A stretch of 64,000 bases of DNA from Escherichia phage vB_EcoM-fFiEco06. Below the pieces are notes generated by a model. It was given only the letters and a program-made list of their open reading frames with translations. It did not search any database and had not been told where the DNA came from. The translations under genes were made by a program, and so were the position numbers. The stretch is from the sequence record NC_054914.1; one strand, written 5' to 3'. Below, one piece after another: positions 20,705 to 30,910 of this stretch (positions are counted from its first letter, which is position 1; the number at the start of each line of letters is the position of its first letter).

Positions 20705-21799
20705 ATGGCAATTGTTAAAGAAATAACTGCTGATTTAATTAAAAAGTCCGGTGAAACAATTTCAGCCGGACAGAGTACTAAATCAGAAGTAGGAACTAAA
20801 ACATACACAGCCCAGTTTCCAACTGGGCGTGCTAGTGGTAATGACACTACAGGGGACTTCCAGGTAACAGATCTATATAAGAATGGATTATTATTTACTG
20901 CATACAATATGTCATCTAGGGATTCTGGAAGTCTTAGAACGATGAGATCTAACTACTCTTCTTCATCTTCGAGTATTTTACGTACAGCCAGAAACACTAT
21001 CAGTAATACAGTATCAAAACTATCAAATGGACTAATATCAGATAATAATTCAGGAACAATAAGTAAAGTTCCTGTTGCAAATATTCTTTTACCTAGATCT
21101 AAATCTGACGTCGATACGTCATCACATAGATTTAATGATGTTCAAGATAGTCTTATTACAAAAGGTGGAGGTACTGCTACTGGTGTGCTAAGCAATATGG
21201 CTTCAACCGCAGTATTTGGAGCGCTGGAAAGTATAACACAAGGTATAATGGCTGATAATAATGAACAGATTTATACGACAGCCAGAAGCATGTACGGCGG
21301 TGCTGAAAATAGAACTAAAGTGTTCACTTGGGATTTGACTCCGCGCTCAACAGAAGATTTAATGGCTATTATTAATATCTATCAGTATTTTAACTATTTT
21401 TCTTACGGTGAAACTGGTAAATCTCAATATGCTGCTGAAATAAAAGGATATTTAGATGAGTGGTACCGTTCTACTTTTATTGAGCCGTTAACTCCAGAAG
21501 ATGCAGTTAAAAATAAGACGTTATTTGAGAAAATGACATCGAGTTTAACTAACGTTCTTGTAGTTTCAAACCCGACAATTTGGATGGTGAAAAACTTTGG
21601 TGCAACATCTAAGTTTGATGGAAAAACGGAAATATTCGGTCCATGTCAAATCCAGAGTATCAGATTTGATAAAACACCTAATGGTAACTTTAACGGATTA
21701 GCTATTGCTCCAAATCTCCCTAGTACATTTACTCTCGAGATTACTATGAGAGAAATTATCACGTTAAACCGTGCTTCTTTATATGCGGGGACTTTTTAA
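20705..21799 (+). CDS. 48: baseplate tail-tube cap protein gp48 (364 aa)
   Basis: Length/position. Confidence 0.85.
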   Translation: MAIVKEITADLIKKSGETISAGQSTKSEVGTKTYTAQFPTGRASGNDTTGDFQVTDLYKNGLLFTAYNMSSRDSGSLRTMRSNYSSSSSSILRTARNTISNTVSKLSNGLISDNNSGTISKVPVANILLPRSKSDVDTSSHRFNDVQDSLITKGGGTATGVLSNMASTAVFGALESITQGIMADNNEQIYTTARSMYGGAENRTKVFTWDLTPRSTEDLMAIINIYQYFNYFSYGETGKSQYAAEIKGYLDEWYRSTFIEPLTPEDAVKNKTLFEKMTSSLTNVLVVSNPTIWMVKNFGATSKFDGKTEIFGPCQIQSIRFDKTPNGNFNGLAIAPNLPSTFTLEITMREIITLNRASLYAGTF

Positions 21800-22764
21800 T
21801 GTATTCTTTAGAGGAATTTAATAATCAAGCAATAAACGCAGATTTCCAACGTAATAATATGTTCAGCTGTGTTTTTGCTACAACTCCATCAACTAAAAGC
21901 TCTTCGTTGATAAGTTCAATTAGCAACTTTTCTTATAATAACTTGGGCCTAAATTCAGATTGGTTAGGATTAACTCAAGGCGATATTAATCAGGGAATTA
22001 CTACGCTAATTACAGCTGGCACACAAAAACTGATAAGAAAATCAGGGGTTAGTAAATATCTTATTGGTGCCATGAGTCAACGTACAGTTCAAAGTTTATT
22101 AGGCTCATTTACAGTTGGTACATATTTAATTGACTTCTTTAACGTGGCATATAACTCATCTGGATTGATGATATACTCTGTAAAAATGCCAGAGAATAGA
22201 TTATCCTATGAAACTGACTGGAACTATAATTCTCCTAATATTCGTATAACTGGGAGAGAATTAGACCCTTTGGTTATTTCATTCAGAATGGATTCAGAAG
22301 CTTGTAACTATCGTGCAATGCAAGACTGGGTTAACGCTGTTCAAGACCCAGTAACTGGATTGCGTGCTTTGCCGCAAGATGTCGAGGCAGATATTCAGGT
22401 TAATCTTCATTCTCGCAATGGATTACCACATACTGCGGTGATGTTCACTGGATGCATTCCAGTGTCCGTAAGCGCTCCTGAGTTATCATATGATGGAGAT
22501 AACCAAATAACTACATTTGATGTTACTTTTGCGTATAGAGTGATGCAGGCTGGAGCAGTTGATAGACAAGCTGCCCTTGAATGGCTTGAATCTGCTACTA
22601 TAAATGGTATTCAAAGCGTTCTCGGAAATAGTGGAGGTGTTACTGGACTATCTAATTCGCTTTCACGACTTAGTAGATTAGGGGGAACTGCAGGAAGCAT
22701 TTCAAATATTAATACTATGACAGGAATTGTCAATTCGCAGAGTAAAATATTAGGAGCAATATAA
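21799..22764 (+). CDS. 54: baseplate tail-tube initiator gp54
   Basis: 321 aa; position after 48. Confidence 0.85.
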   Translation: MYSLEEFNNQAINADFQRNNMFSCVFATTPSTKSSSLISSISNFSYNNLGLNSDWLGLTQGDINQGITTLITAGTQKLIRKSGVSKYLIGAMSQRTVQSLLGSFTVGTYLIDFFNVAYNSSGLMIYSVKMPENRLSYETDWNYNSPNIRITGRELDPLVISFRMDSEACNYRAMQDWVNAVQDPVTGLRALPQDVEADIQVNLHSRNGLPHTAVMFTGCIPVSVSAPELSYDGDNQITTFDVTFAYRVMQAGAVDRQAALEWLESATINGIQSVLGNSGGVTGLSNSLSRLSRLGGTAGSISNINTMTGIVNSQSKILGAI

Positions 22765-22768
22765 CAAT

Positions 22769-22786
22769 GGGGACCTTTCGGTCCCC
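22769..22786. terminator. bidirectional hairpin GGGGACC-UUUC-GGUCCCC after gene 54 and the convergent small ORF
   Basis: 7-bp GC-rich stem followed by ATATTTTTATTT. Confidence 0.75.
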
Positions 22787-22792
22787 ATATTT

Positions 22793-23083
22793 TTATTTAC
22801 GGAATGAAATGAAAGCAGAAACTGAAGCAACTAAACTGTCTTCAATATAAACTTCAATTTTTACCGGAGCTTCTGACTCAAATTTACCTGTTACTACACC
22901 TTGGAAAATACTTTCAGTCTGTTCTGGCTTTGAAAAATTTTCAGAAGGAAAAATTCCGAACTTTTTATCTGTTCCAAAAATTTTGATAAATTCATCGTAA
23001 ACTGCTTCATTAAAAGCATTATCAGCAGGAATAACTCCTTCAACTACAAGTTCTTGACCTAAAAAGCGCAAAGAAGATTTCAT
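22793..23083 (-). CDS. hypothetical protein, 96 aa (downstream of Alt paralogs; possibly alt.-3-like)
   Basis: ORF in co-oriented array. Confidence 0.45.
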   Translation of the reverse strand: MKSSLRFLGQELVVEGVIPADNAFNEAVYDEFIKIFGTDKKFGIFPSENFSKPEQTESIFQGVVTGKFESEAPVKIEVYIEDSLVASVSAFISFRK

Positions 23084-23143
23084 TTTGTGTTCCTCATGTT
23101 ATGTCAGTAAGACTACTATAACACAACACGAGGGACTTGTAAA

Positions 23144-25201
23144 CTACATTTTGAACTTTTTAGACATTCCGTTGATGTTAACCAAAGAAGTCAAGATTTG
23201 AGAAACTTCATTTTCCTCTTCTTTTGATTCTTCTACAAGGAATTGATTAAATCCAGCCATTGGACGAACTTCACCAGTTTCCATTAGATGGTCTCCATCA
23301 TATACTGATTCTTCTAATTGTTCAGAAGGAGGAACGATTGTACCTTCGATTAGATACTTGTTATAAGCAGTTTCTTTCATAAAGTACGTACTTACTTTAT
23401 TAATCTTCAGTAAAATTCCACGTGGTAGAATAACTTCAGCTTCTGATGGAAATCCTGATAAATGACCTGGAACGATAACTTTGATTCGCTCAGCTCCTTT
23501 AATTACCATACCCACGCTAGTTTCTGCATCTTCATTAGCATATGTAGAATGACTACCCATATGCATCAAATCTTCTGCATCAACGGAACCTTCTCCTTCA
23601 CCAGAAAATACTGCGCCGGAATCATCTAGAGCCATATAGTTTTTACCATGCTCACCGAAGATATTTGGTTTAAGCGATGTGGATACGAAGTTCTTGAAAT
23701 AGAACATTTTATTTTCAATGTTATGACGCAAAGTTTTAAAGGTAACTTCTTGCCCACGGTAAAGTGTAGTTCCTGGAGGAAGAACTGATCCTTTGGCAAA
23801 GGCAGAATCTAACGTCTCGATGTGCTTAATAGCTCGTTCCATGTATTCTTCACGGGTAGAATCTGGTTTACCCAAAAGGAACGAGTTCATTTCAACATAT
23901 GAATCTGCACAATAATCTTCAATTACATCAGATTCAGCCTGAGTCAGTCCTTTTGGAGCTACTTCGGTGCTTGCGTATTCATATGCCTGGGCAGCAGATT
24001 CATTAATCAATTTATAAATGCCATTCATTACAAATTGAATAATAGCTGTCTTTTCATCTGGTGTGGTTTTAGAACCTTTAACTAAATCATTAATAATTTT
24101 CTTAATAACATCAAAGCTATTAGAAATATTAATGTCAGCAAGATCGCTTAAAATTTTATCAGTTTTATAATCAAAGAATTCTTTATTCTTTAAATATTCT
24201 TGAGAACCTTGATATGTTATATCGCTCTGCAACTTGATAGATGGATCACGTAAACGTGCATGGGCCAATGCAATATGATTTCGGAAGCTTTCTAGTTCAT
24301 AATCGCTAGATTTAAAACGAGAAGCACTTCTCATACCACCGATAGCTCCTTTGCTGAAGTTTGAACCAATCTGGATAACGCCAGAGTTCATTGGTCCTTC
24401 TGCTTTATATACCGGAACTTTAGATTCAAACTCTTGATATTTCTTGGCAGCGAAGCTATCACCCTGTAGCGAAGCATCGACAGTAGAATATTGAGCTTGT
24501 GCTGCTAATCGACGACTAATTTTAGTTTTCTGAATAACAGCTTGGTCCGTGCGCTTATCATTTTCTAAAGCAATAGAAGCAGCAACAGCGACAGCTTTAG
24601 GAACAGCATTTCCTGTTTTAACGTCTACATAAACATCACCGACCTTTGATTCAACTTTTGTGAATAACTCAGTTGAAATGGGAGGTACACCTGGAATGTC
24701 TTCTAAATTGGCATTTTTACGGTAAACCATAATATATGCGTACTTTTTATCGTAATCCCAGATTTCCTTTAAAAGAACATATCGACCTGCTCCTTTAGTA
24801 CGTACTAAACGGTCAGCAATAACTTGCATTTGACGAGCTGCGCCATTTGTTTTACTCTTTAGTACACGGAATAAGCACGCGTCAATTTTATACTGCTTCA
24901 TTGTTTGAAGAGCAGTATCAAAAACGGCATTAATGACACCAATTGGATTTCCACCCAAGTTTTTAAGCTTAACTAATGATAGTTTCTCATTAACACCTAT
25001 CATTACGATATGCATCATTTTATCGCCTGGCTTAACGTTTTTATTCGTATCACCACCAGAGGTGTATGTACAAAATCTAAATCCAGGAAGCACGCTTTCT
25101 TCGCCGGCTTGAATAGCAAAAATTTGTGGTATTTTATGCTTAGGATTTAAGTTAACAACCGGCGCCGAAGCGCCGTCAAATAATTCTGTAATAAGTTCCA
25201 T
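23144..25201 (-). CDS. Alt-like ADP-ribosyltransferase paralog (685 aa), R-S-E motifs intact
   Basis: N-terminus MELITELFD shared with the upstream copy; TLYRGQ, NFVSTSL, EAEVILPRG motifs seen. Confidence 0.75.
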   Translation of the reverse strand: MELITELFDGASAPVVNLNPKHKIPQIFAIQAGEESVLPGFRFCTYTSGGDTNKNVKPGDKMMHIVMIGVNEKLSLVKLKNLGGNPIGVINAVFDTALQTMKQYKIDACLFRVLKSKTNGAARQMQVIADRLVRTKGAGRYVLLKEIWDYDKKYAYIMVYRKNANLEDIPGVPPISTELFTKVESKVGDVYVDVKTGNAVPKAVAVAASIALENDKRTDQAVIQKTKISRRLAAQAQYSTVDASLQGDSFAAKKYQEFESKVPVYKAEGPMNSGVIQIGSNFSKGAIGGMRSASRFKSSDYELESFRNHIALAHARLRDPSIKLQSDITYQGSQEYLKNKEFFDYKTDKILSDLADINISNSFDVIKKIINDLVKGSKTTPDEKTAIIQFVMNGIYKLINESAAQAYEYASTEVAPKGLTQAESDVIEDYCADSYVEMNSFLLGKPDSTREEYMERAIKHIETLDSAFAKGSVLPPGTTLYRGQEVTFKTLRHNIENKMFYFKNFVSTSLKPNIFGEHGKNYMALDDSGAVFSGEGEGSVDAEDLMHMGSHSTYANEDAETSVGMVIKGAERIKVIVPGHLSGFPSEAEVILPRGILLKINKVSTYFMKETAYNKYLIEGTIVPPSEQLEESVYDGDHLMETGEVRPMAGFNQFLVEESKEEENEVSQILTSLVNINGMSKKFKM

Positions 25202-25204
25202 GAT

Positions 25205-27259
25205 TTATCCTTGAACGAACTTGTAAGGCATGTTTGCAATATCTATACAAGACGCAATAATTCCAAGAGATGATTCTACTTTCTGTTTAACGTTTGATGA
25301 AACAAATGATGTAAAGTCAACTCTGTCTTCTATTTCAATATCACCTGTCATTGCAACTACTTCGCCGGTTTCCATTAGACGGTCACCGTCATAAATTACC
25401 GATTCGGTGAGTTCTTCTGTGGTCATAACTTCAGCTTGAATAAGCTTGTTGTTAGTTTTAACTGTTCCATCATTGTAAGATGCATCGGTTATTTTATTAA
25501 CTTTGACCATTAATCCACGTGGCAAAATGACTTCCATTTCATTTGAAGGTGCTAAACTTCCACCTGGTAAAACAACATTGACTTTATCAGCCCCAGTAAT
25601 AACCCATCCAATTCCAACTAAATTATCGCTAGAATTTACTAGTCCTTCATCAGTTTTATCAATAGAAACACTTAAACGCTTTTCGTCTGGTAAAACACCC
25701 ACAGATGAATCAGTCATCCAGGTACCAAAAATATTTGGATATAATGATGTTGACACAAAATTTCTAAAATAAAAAACTCGATTTTTTACCAGTGCTTCAT
25801 ATATTGAAGGTAACATTCGTTGTGAACGATACAAAGTAATACCTTTTGGTAATCGTTCACCATTTTTAAAGGCAGAATCTAAATTATCAATAGCTTTTTC
25901 TATATCAGATGCTGTCAAAATACTTGTACGCTCATCTGGATTATATAATCCCAAAAGAGCGTTATTTATGTCTACATATCCTGAACTTACGTATTCACGA
26001 ATTCCGCGTTTTTGTGCCGGTGTGTATTTAGATGAATCTTTATTTTCGACTATAGGATGTAGTGACCATCCAGCGGTAAGAGCATATCCACGCAATTCTC
26101 TTCGAATAATCTTTGTTTTTATTGCATTCCAAGAATTTTGTACTAACTCATTCGCAGCATCTTGATTTAAATGCGAATGCTTGTTAATGTTTCTTTCTAA
26201 CCAAGCACCTTTATATTTTTCTAAAGTATCATCAACTATAGAAGCAATAGTTTCTAAAGTTTTTATTGAAGTAATAGATTCTTTTCGTAATCTTTCTAAA
26301 GCTTTATTTTTTATTTCTGCATTAACATCAGATTCTTTATCTTCAGGAATTATAGAAGCTTCTCTGAATGCCATTCCAGCTGTAACACTACTAAGAGCAT
26401 TCTCTAATGCAAATCCTGAAGTAGAAATAACAGTTAATTCATTAGCGTCAGAAATTAAAGGAGCGTCAGCAGGTTTATTTAATTCTGCTGCTGAAGCCTC
26501 AAATTTTTGAAACATCGGCGTTTCAAATCTAGAAGATTCCAATGATTGACTTTGCGCAATTGCTCTACGGGAAATTTTAACTTTAACGATTACAGCTTGG
26601 TCAGAACGTTTATCATTTTCTTGCGCAATAGATGCTGCAATTGCCTCATTTTTAGTTACTTGAGCTCCAGTATCTTTATTGATATAAACATCACCGACCT
26701 TCGATTCAACTTTAGTAAAGAGCTCAGTACTAATTTCCGGAACTCCCGGAATGTCTTCTAGTGATACATTTTTGCGATGTATAAGAATATATGCATACTT
26801 TTTATCGTAATCCCAGAGTTCCTTAAGAAGGACATATCTGCCACCTGAACGACTACGGATAAGTCTATCAGCAATAACTTGAATTTGTCGAGCTTGACCA
26901 GCGGTTTTAGACTTAAGAATACGAAGCATACAGGCATCAATTTTATACTGACGCATTGTTTGCATCGCAACAGTAAAAACTGAATTGATATAATTAATTG
27001 GGCTTGGACCAAGACCTTTTAATTTAGCAATTGAACCTTTAGCAGTTAATGTAAAAGGAACAATATGCATCATTTTATCGCCCATCTTTAAATCGCGATT
27101 AGTATCACCTCCAGATGTATAGGTACATAAACGAAAGCCTGGTTGTTCAATTGCATCATCAACATGAACTGAAAAAATTTGCGGTATTTTCTTCTTTGGA
27201 TTTAAGTTTGTAATCGGAAGAGTAGTATCTTCGTCAAATAATTCTGTAATAAGTTCCAT
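25205..27259 (-). CDS. alt: ADP-ribosyltransferase Alt (virion-packaged); start taken as second ATG (MELITELFDEDTT...)
   Basis: LYRSQ, FVSTSL, EMEVILPRG (R-S-E ART motifs); late promoter and RBS upstream; ~684 aa. Confidence 0.8.
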   Translation of the reverse strand: MELITELFDEDTTLPITNLNPKKKIPQIFSVHVDDAIEQPGFRLCTYTSGGDTNRDLKMGDKMMHIVPFTLTAKGSIAKLKGLGPSPINYINSVFTVAMQTMRQYKIDACMLRILKSKTAGQARQIQVIADRLIRSRSGGRYVLLKELWDYDKKYAYILIHRKNVSLEDIPGVPEISTELFTKVESKVGDVYINKDTGAQVTKNEAIAASIAQENDKRSDQAVIVKVKISRRAIAQSQSLESSRFETPMFQKFEASAAELNKPADAPLISDANELTVISTSGFALENALSSVTAGMAFREASIIPEDKESDVNAEIKNKALERLRKESITSIKTLETIASIVDDTLEKYKGAWLERNINKHSHLNQDAANELVQNSWNAIKTKIIRRELRGYALTAGWSLHPIVENKDSSKYTPAQKRGIREYVSSGYVDINNALLGLYNPDERTSILTASDIEKAIDNLDSAFKNGERLPKGITLYRSQRMLPSIYEALVKNRVFYFRNFVSTSLYPNIFGTWMTDSSVGVLPDEKRLSVSIDKTDEGLVNSSDNLVGIGWVITGADKVNVVLPGGSLAPSNEMEVILPRGLMVKVNKITDASYNDGTVKTNNKLIQAEVMTTEELTESVIYDGDRLMETGEVVAMTGDIEIEDRVDFTSFVSSNVKQKVESSLGIIASCIDIANMPYKFVQG

Positions 27260-27282
27260 CATAGCCTCTCTAGTGTTTATTC

Positions 27283-27290
27283 TATTTATA
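27283..27290 (-). promoter_or_regulatory. late promoter TATAAATA (minus strand) for alt
   Basis: Plus-strand TATTTATA ~20 nt upstream of GAGAGG-ATG. Confidence 0.6.
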
Positions 27291-27295
27291 AAATT

Positions 27296-27313
27296 AAAGG
27301 CCCGAAGGCCTTT
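27296..27313 (-). terminator. AAAGGCC-CGAA-GGCCTTT hairpin downstream of the 62-aa ORF
   Basis: 7-bp stem read directly; overlaps the ORF stop. Confidence 0.5.
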
Positions 27314-27500
27314 AATAATCTAGTGGTAAGAGAGTACGGTATATTTCAAACTTTGGACCTTTTTCATAGGCATCAAATGTTTCTGTGAATTTATTATAAG
27401 CGTATGCATCTACAAATTCGAGAATGACTTGTGATACAGAAGTAGAAACATCTCCACCTTCTTTTTGAGCAATGACAATTGTTTCTAAGTAAGCTTTCAT
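27312..27500 (-). CDS. hypothetical small protein, 62 aa, between gene 30 and alt
   Basis: Start overlaps ligase stop (ATGA). Confidence 0.4.
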   Translation of the reverse strand: MKAYLETIVIAQKEGGDVSTSVSQVILEFVDAYAYNKFTETFDAYEKGPKFEIYRTLLPLDY

Positions 27501-28960
27501 AAACCAGTTACCTCATGAAAATCACCAAATACATCCTCGAATGTATTAGCTTTAGTTTTATCTTCACGCAAACGAATCGCAATCGGAAGAAATAATTTAA
27601 CGTAATCAGTGCGGCCATCAGATTTTAACCAACCGTTGCATTCGCACTCTAGAATTTTTCCAATATAATAATTTTGGTTTTCCATAATGCGAGTACGGTC
27701 AAGTTCATGCGATTTTACACCGGCTTTATCTTTTAAGCCTGAACCAGCATTTACTTTAATTTTTCCACACTCTGACTCAAGAATAAATCCACCTGCTTTA
27801 GTAGGGTCTTTACGGTGAGGATAAATTCCTACAATTTTTAAATCAACATCAATTACTTCTTTAAATTTATAGAGATTTTTTGAACGAGCATTTTCCCATA
27901 ATCCATCGATATTTTTGAGAATAATACCTTCAAGACCTTGGTCAATATACTTTTTATAAATTACCTTGGCTTCGTCTAGGTTATTTACTACCTGGTTTTC
28001 AATTAAAATTACTTTATCATAGCCTGATGTCATTTGTTCTAGTTTAGAAAAACGTACATCATATTTCAAACGAAATGCAGGAAGACCGTATATTTCTACC
28101 AACGGTACATAATCCCAGACCTGAAACTTCATGCATTGTGCTTCTTTTTCAGAAATGGTTCCCTTTAAAGATTTATTGGCGATGCCATTAGATGCAGTAC
28201 GTGATTCAGCTACTTCGGCGAATTCTTTAGCTTTACTGTTTTCAGGATAAGCATCAAAAAGAAAATCTAGGCCTTCTGGCTCCTTTTCAACTTGCTCATG
28301 GTATACCAATTCGCCATCAATTAACACACCTTCTGGATGAATCTGGCGAGCTTCTGCAGTCATTTTGATTAACTCTTCTTTGAGAAGATCTAATCCTAGA
28401 TATTCATTACCAGCTCGTGATAAAAGACGAACATCATCTAATTCATCACCTCTGACTTCAGCAAAGCACCGAGCTCCATCAGCTTTTAATTGGGCAAAGG
28501 CTGGAAATTTGATATTCTTGCTAATGCCTTTTTCATCATAAGAACTTGCCAGCATTTGAGGTTGTTCAGGAATTAAACCTGGCCAAACTTTGTTTGCAAT
28601 AGATACTGATGCACCGCATTCAAGGTCTCGCATCATCACCCGACGCAAAACTTCAACATCATCTTTTTTACCGTCAGCAATATATCCAGTCAATTCCTCA
28701 ATTGCCGCATTTCCAGTCAATTTCCGAGTAGCTAATGTGAATTCAATGAAGTCAAGCATATCGGTAAGAGTCAACATTCCAAAACTCTGGGTAGCAATAC
28801 CAGGTTTAGGCCATTTCTTGATATAATACTGTAACCCACGAGAATAAGTTAGACGATATACTCGTTTAAGCAATTCATTATCTTTATTCTTTTCAAGAAT
28901 TGCTTGCTTCTGCTTAGTTGAACCAATAGATGCTATTTTGTTCAGAATTTTAAGAATCAT
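27497..28960 (-). CDS. 30: ATP-dependent DNA ligase gp30 (487 aa)
   Basis: Sequence recognisable as T4 DNA ligase (MILKILN...; adenylation lysine in KADGARC). Confidence 0.97.
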   Translation of the reverse strand: MILKILNKIASIGSTKQKQAILEKNKDNELLKRVYRLTYSRGLQYYIKKWPKPGIATQSFGMLTLTDMLDFIEFTLATRKLTGNAAIEELTGYIADGKKDDVEVLRRVMMRDLECGASVSIANKVWPGLIPEQPQMLASSYDEKGISKNIKFPAFAQLKADGARCFAEVRGDELDDVRLLSRAGNEYLGLDLLKEELIKMTAEARQIHPEGVLIDGELVYHEQVEKEPEGLDFLFDAYPENSKAKEFAEVAESRTASNGIANKSLKGTISEKEAQCMKFQVWDYVPLVEIYGLPAFRLKYDVRFSKLEQMTSGYDKVILIENQVVNNLDEAKVIYKKYIDQGLEGIILKNIDGLWENARSKNLYKFKEVIDVDLKIVGIYPHRKDPTKAGGFILESECGKIKVNAGSGLKDKAGVKSHELDRTRIMENQNYYIGKILECECNGWLKSDGRTDYVKLFLPIAIRLREDKTKANTFEDVFGDFHEVTGL

Positions 28961-29226
28961 TGTTCATCCTTTAGAGTTTGGTTTACAGCTCTATTATAAA
29001 TCAATTCATCATTAAGCTCAGTCAAAGACTTGTGGTACGTGGTTCTAACTTTATTTCCTTGCATCCAGTGCTTGACGTAAATGAAACCTTGCTCTACACA
29101 TTTTTTAAAAATTCGTTCGTCTTTTTGAGCTCGGAATTCTGGATTGCATCTAAAAAATTGATTTACGTGACCGTAATCACGTGTAGTATTACCTTCATTT
29201 TCATAAATAGTGTGAACGACAAACAT
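28957..29226 (-). CDS. hypothetical early protein, 89 aa (positional equivalent of T4 30.1)
   Basis: ATGA overlap with gene 30. Confidence 0.5.
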   Translation of the reverse strand: MFVVHTIYENEGNTTRDYGHVNQFFRCNPEFRAQKDERIFKKCVEQGFIYVKHWMQGNKVRTTYHKSLTELNDELIYNRAVNQTLKDEQ

Positions 29227-30062
29227 TAGAATGCTCCTTGAAAAATATTATCACCACTAGTAGGTCTATTATACAAATACTCTATGCCACCGGGTTTAAT
29301 ATAGTTCCATGTCTGAAACGGATGCGTCTGATATGGATGATATAGATTATAAGGATTAAATCCAGGAGTTCTCCAGGTAGTGTTCCAAGGAAAAGAATCG
29401 TTTTTAATCATCTTTTCAATTACATCTTTTATAGCTTTTTCACTATCAAAACTTTCTTTATTTTCATTCGATGGAAAAAGCTTATTCTCTACATCATTCC
29501 ATGTATAAACTCGCTGTGCAGTTTTTGGAATACTGTCACGCTCCCCTCGAGCCATCCAATAAACAGGAACATTTAATATTTCACTCGCATGATCGCAGTG
29601 GTGAGCGAGATCGTCAATATAACAAATTACGTTATATTTCTCTTTTGCCTTTTTGAACAACTCTTCTTTTGAAGAATCATGACCACACATCAATACTTCT
29701 GAGAAGGCACCAGGAAAAAGAGCATTCAAATTAAATTGACGATTCAGCAGAGCGTCAATAGAATCACCCAGTGCTGTAACAGCTACAAAATTATAATCTT
29801 CTTTTAATTTGTTAATTACACACAGGGCATCTTTATATGGAGACAAATAGCGAATAAAATCTGAACGATTATACTTTTCGATTAATTTAACACCAAGTTC
29901 TTCATCGCAATTAAAGAGCTTACCAGGAGAAATAAATTTTTCGTCCTGAATCATTTTTAAAATATGTTCCAACGGAAGATTATATTTTTGGGCAAAATAA
30001 GGAAGGCCCGATTGCCAGCTTAAACACACCCCGTCAATATCAGTCAAAATAGTAGGCTTCAT
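29226..30062 (-). CDS. HAD-superfamily-like hydrolase/phosphatase candidate, 278 aa (position of T4 30.2)
   Basis: N-terminal ILTDIDGV (DxDG[VT]) and later YIDD motif; aromatic/Pro-rich C-terminal tail. Confidence 0.5.
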   Translation of the reverse strand: MKPTILTDIDGVCLSWQSGLPYFAQKYNLPLEHILKMIQDEKFISPGKLFNCDEELGVKLIEKYNRSDFIRYLSPYKDALCVINKLKEDYNFVAVTALGDSIDALLNRQFNLNALFPGAFSEVLMCGHDSSKEELFKKAKEKYNVICYIDDLAHHCDHASEILNVPVYWMARGERDSIPKTAQRVYTWNDVENKLFPSNENKESFDSEKAIKDVIEKMIKNDSFPWNTTWRTPGFNPYNLYHPYQTHPFQTWNYIKPGGIEYLYNRPTSGDNIFQGAF

Positions 30063-30523
30063 AGAGAGTCTCTTAATAGGTTTAACACATCAATAAATTC
30101 AGCTTCGGTTAGTATTGTATCATCTTTTGTTAGACCACTAGCCATGCTATGCTTCAAAATTTTTCCTTTAGAGGCTTGTAAGGCATCACGAAACCCCTTG
30201 TTTTGAATCGCTGCTTCAAAATATGCATTTGTATACAACTCTTTCCATGCTGCAGAGTATCTTGAAAAGGGAATTCCAAGCCAGAAAAGCGTCCCACGGT
30301 CCGCAGCTCTTGCATAAGCTCTTCCACTTTGCTGGGCGGCCAAGCCGGAGAGCCCAAATATACGTTTTTGTTGTTCAACATTTTTCACCTTGCATCCTTG
30401 GAGGAATCCTTCAAGACCTCCGAATTGAATACCATCCATGACGAAAGGCCATTGGGCGAAATTACTTAATGCACACGATGGCCATCTAAAATTGCTTCTA
30501 ATCTCTAACTCAGACATTTTCAA
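30059..30523 (-). CDS. NADAR (YbiA/DUF1768)-like domain protein candidate, 154 aa (position of T4 30.3)
   Basis: Motif ALSNFAQWPF-x2-DG-x-FGGLEGFLQG-x-K resembles the NADAR core as I recall it. Confidence 0.45.
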   Translation of the reverse strand: MKMSELEIRSNFRWPSCALSNFAQWPFVMDGIQFGGLEGFLQGCKVKNVEQQKRIFGLSGLAAQQSGRAYARAADRGTLFWLGIPFSRYSAAWKELYTNAYFEAAIQNKGFRDALQASKGKILKHSMASGLTKDDTILTEAEFIDVLNLLRDSL

Positions 30524-30716
30524 TACTTATAATTTCAACATCAGCCCAATGACCATAGCAAGGAAGACGAAATTCAACTGGCCAGTTAGGGTCCTTTTCT
30601 AATATAATAGACTTAACTTGTGGTTCTTCATGTTCATCAGTATACGGATTTTTATCTGTTACTTTATATGTGACCTTAATGTACTGAATTCCAAAAATCT
30701 TATTAATTATATTCAT
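30510..30716 (-). CDS. hypothetical early protein, 68 aa
   Basis: ORF in overlapping array. Confidence 0.45.
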   Translation of the reverse strand: MNIINKIFGIQYIKVTYKVTDKNPYTDEHEEPQVKSIILEKDPNWPVEFRLPCYGHWADVEIISIENV

Positions 30717-30910
30717 ACTAATTCCTTTAATCCGTAAATAGGAGACAATTCATCACCCATACGAAGGTCTTCATTTCCATCTACCCAGGAAACAATATAA
30801 GCCTCTTTTATTTGAATACCACTCCATTTAAATGGAGGTAGAACCTTAGAAATTAATCCAGGTATACCAACTCCCTTTAATTCAACAGTTTGACCTAAAA
30901 AGAATTTCAT
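30713..30910 (-). CDS. hypothetical early protein, 65 aa
   Basis: ATGA-coupled ORF. Confidence 0.45.
   Translation of the reverse strand: MKFFLGQTVELKGVGIPGLISKVLPPFKWSGIQIKEAYIVSWVDGNEDLRMGDELSPIYGLKELV

Noticed and set aside
25503-27012. Several short ORFs on both strands inside alt
   Set aside because: All nested within the 685-codon ART gene whose motifs are intact; no support.
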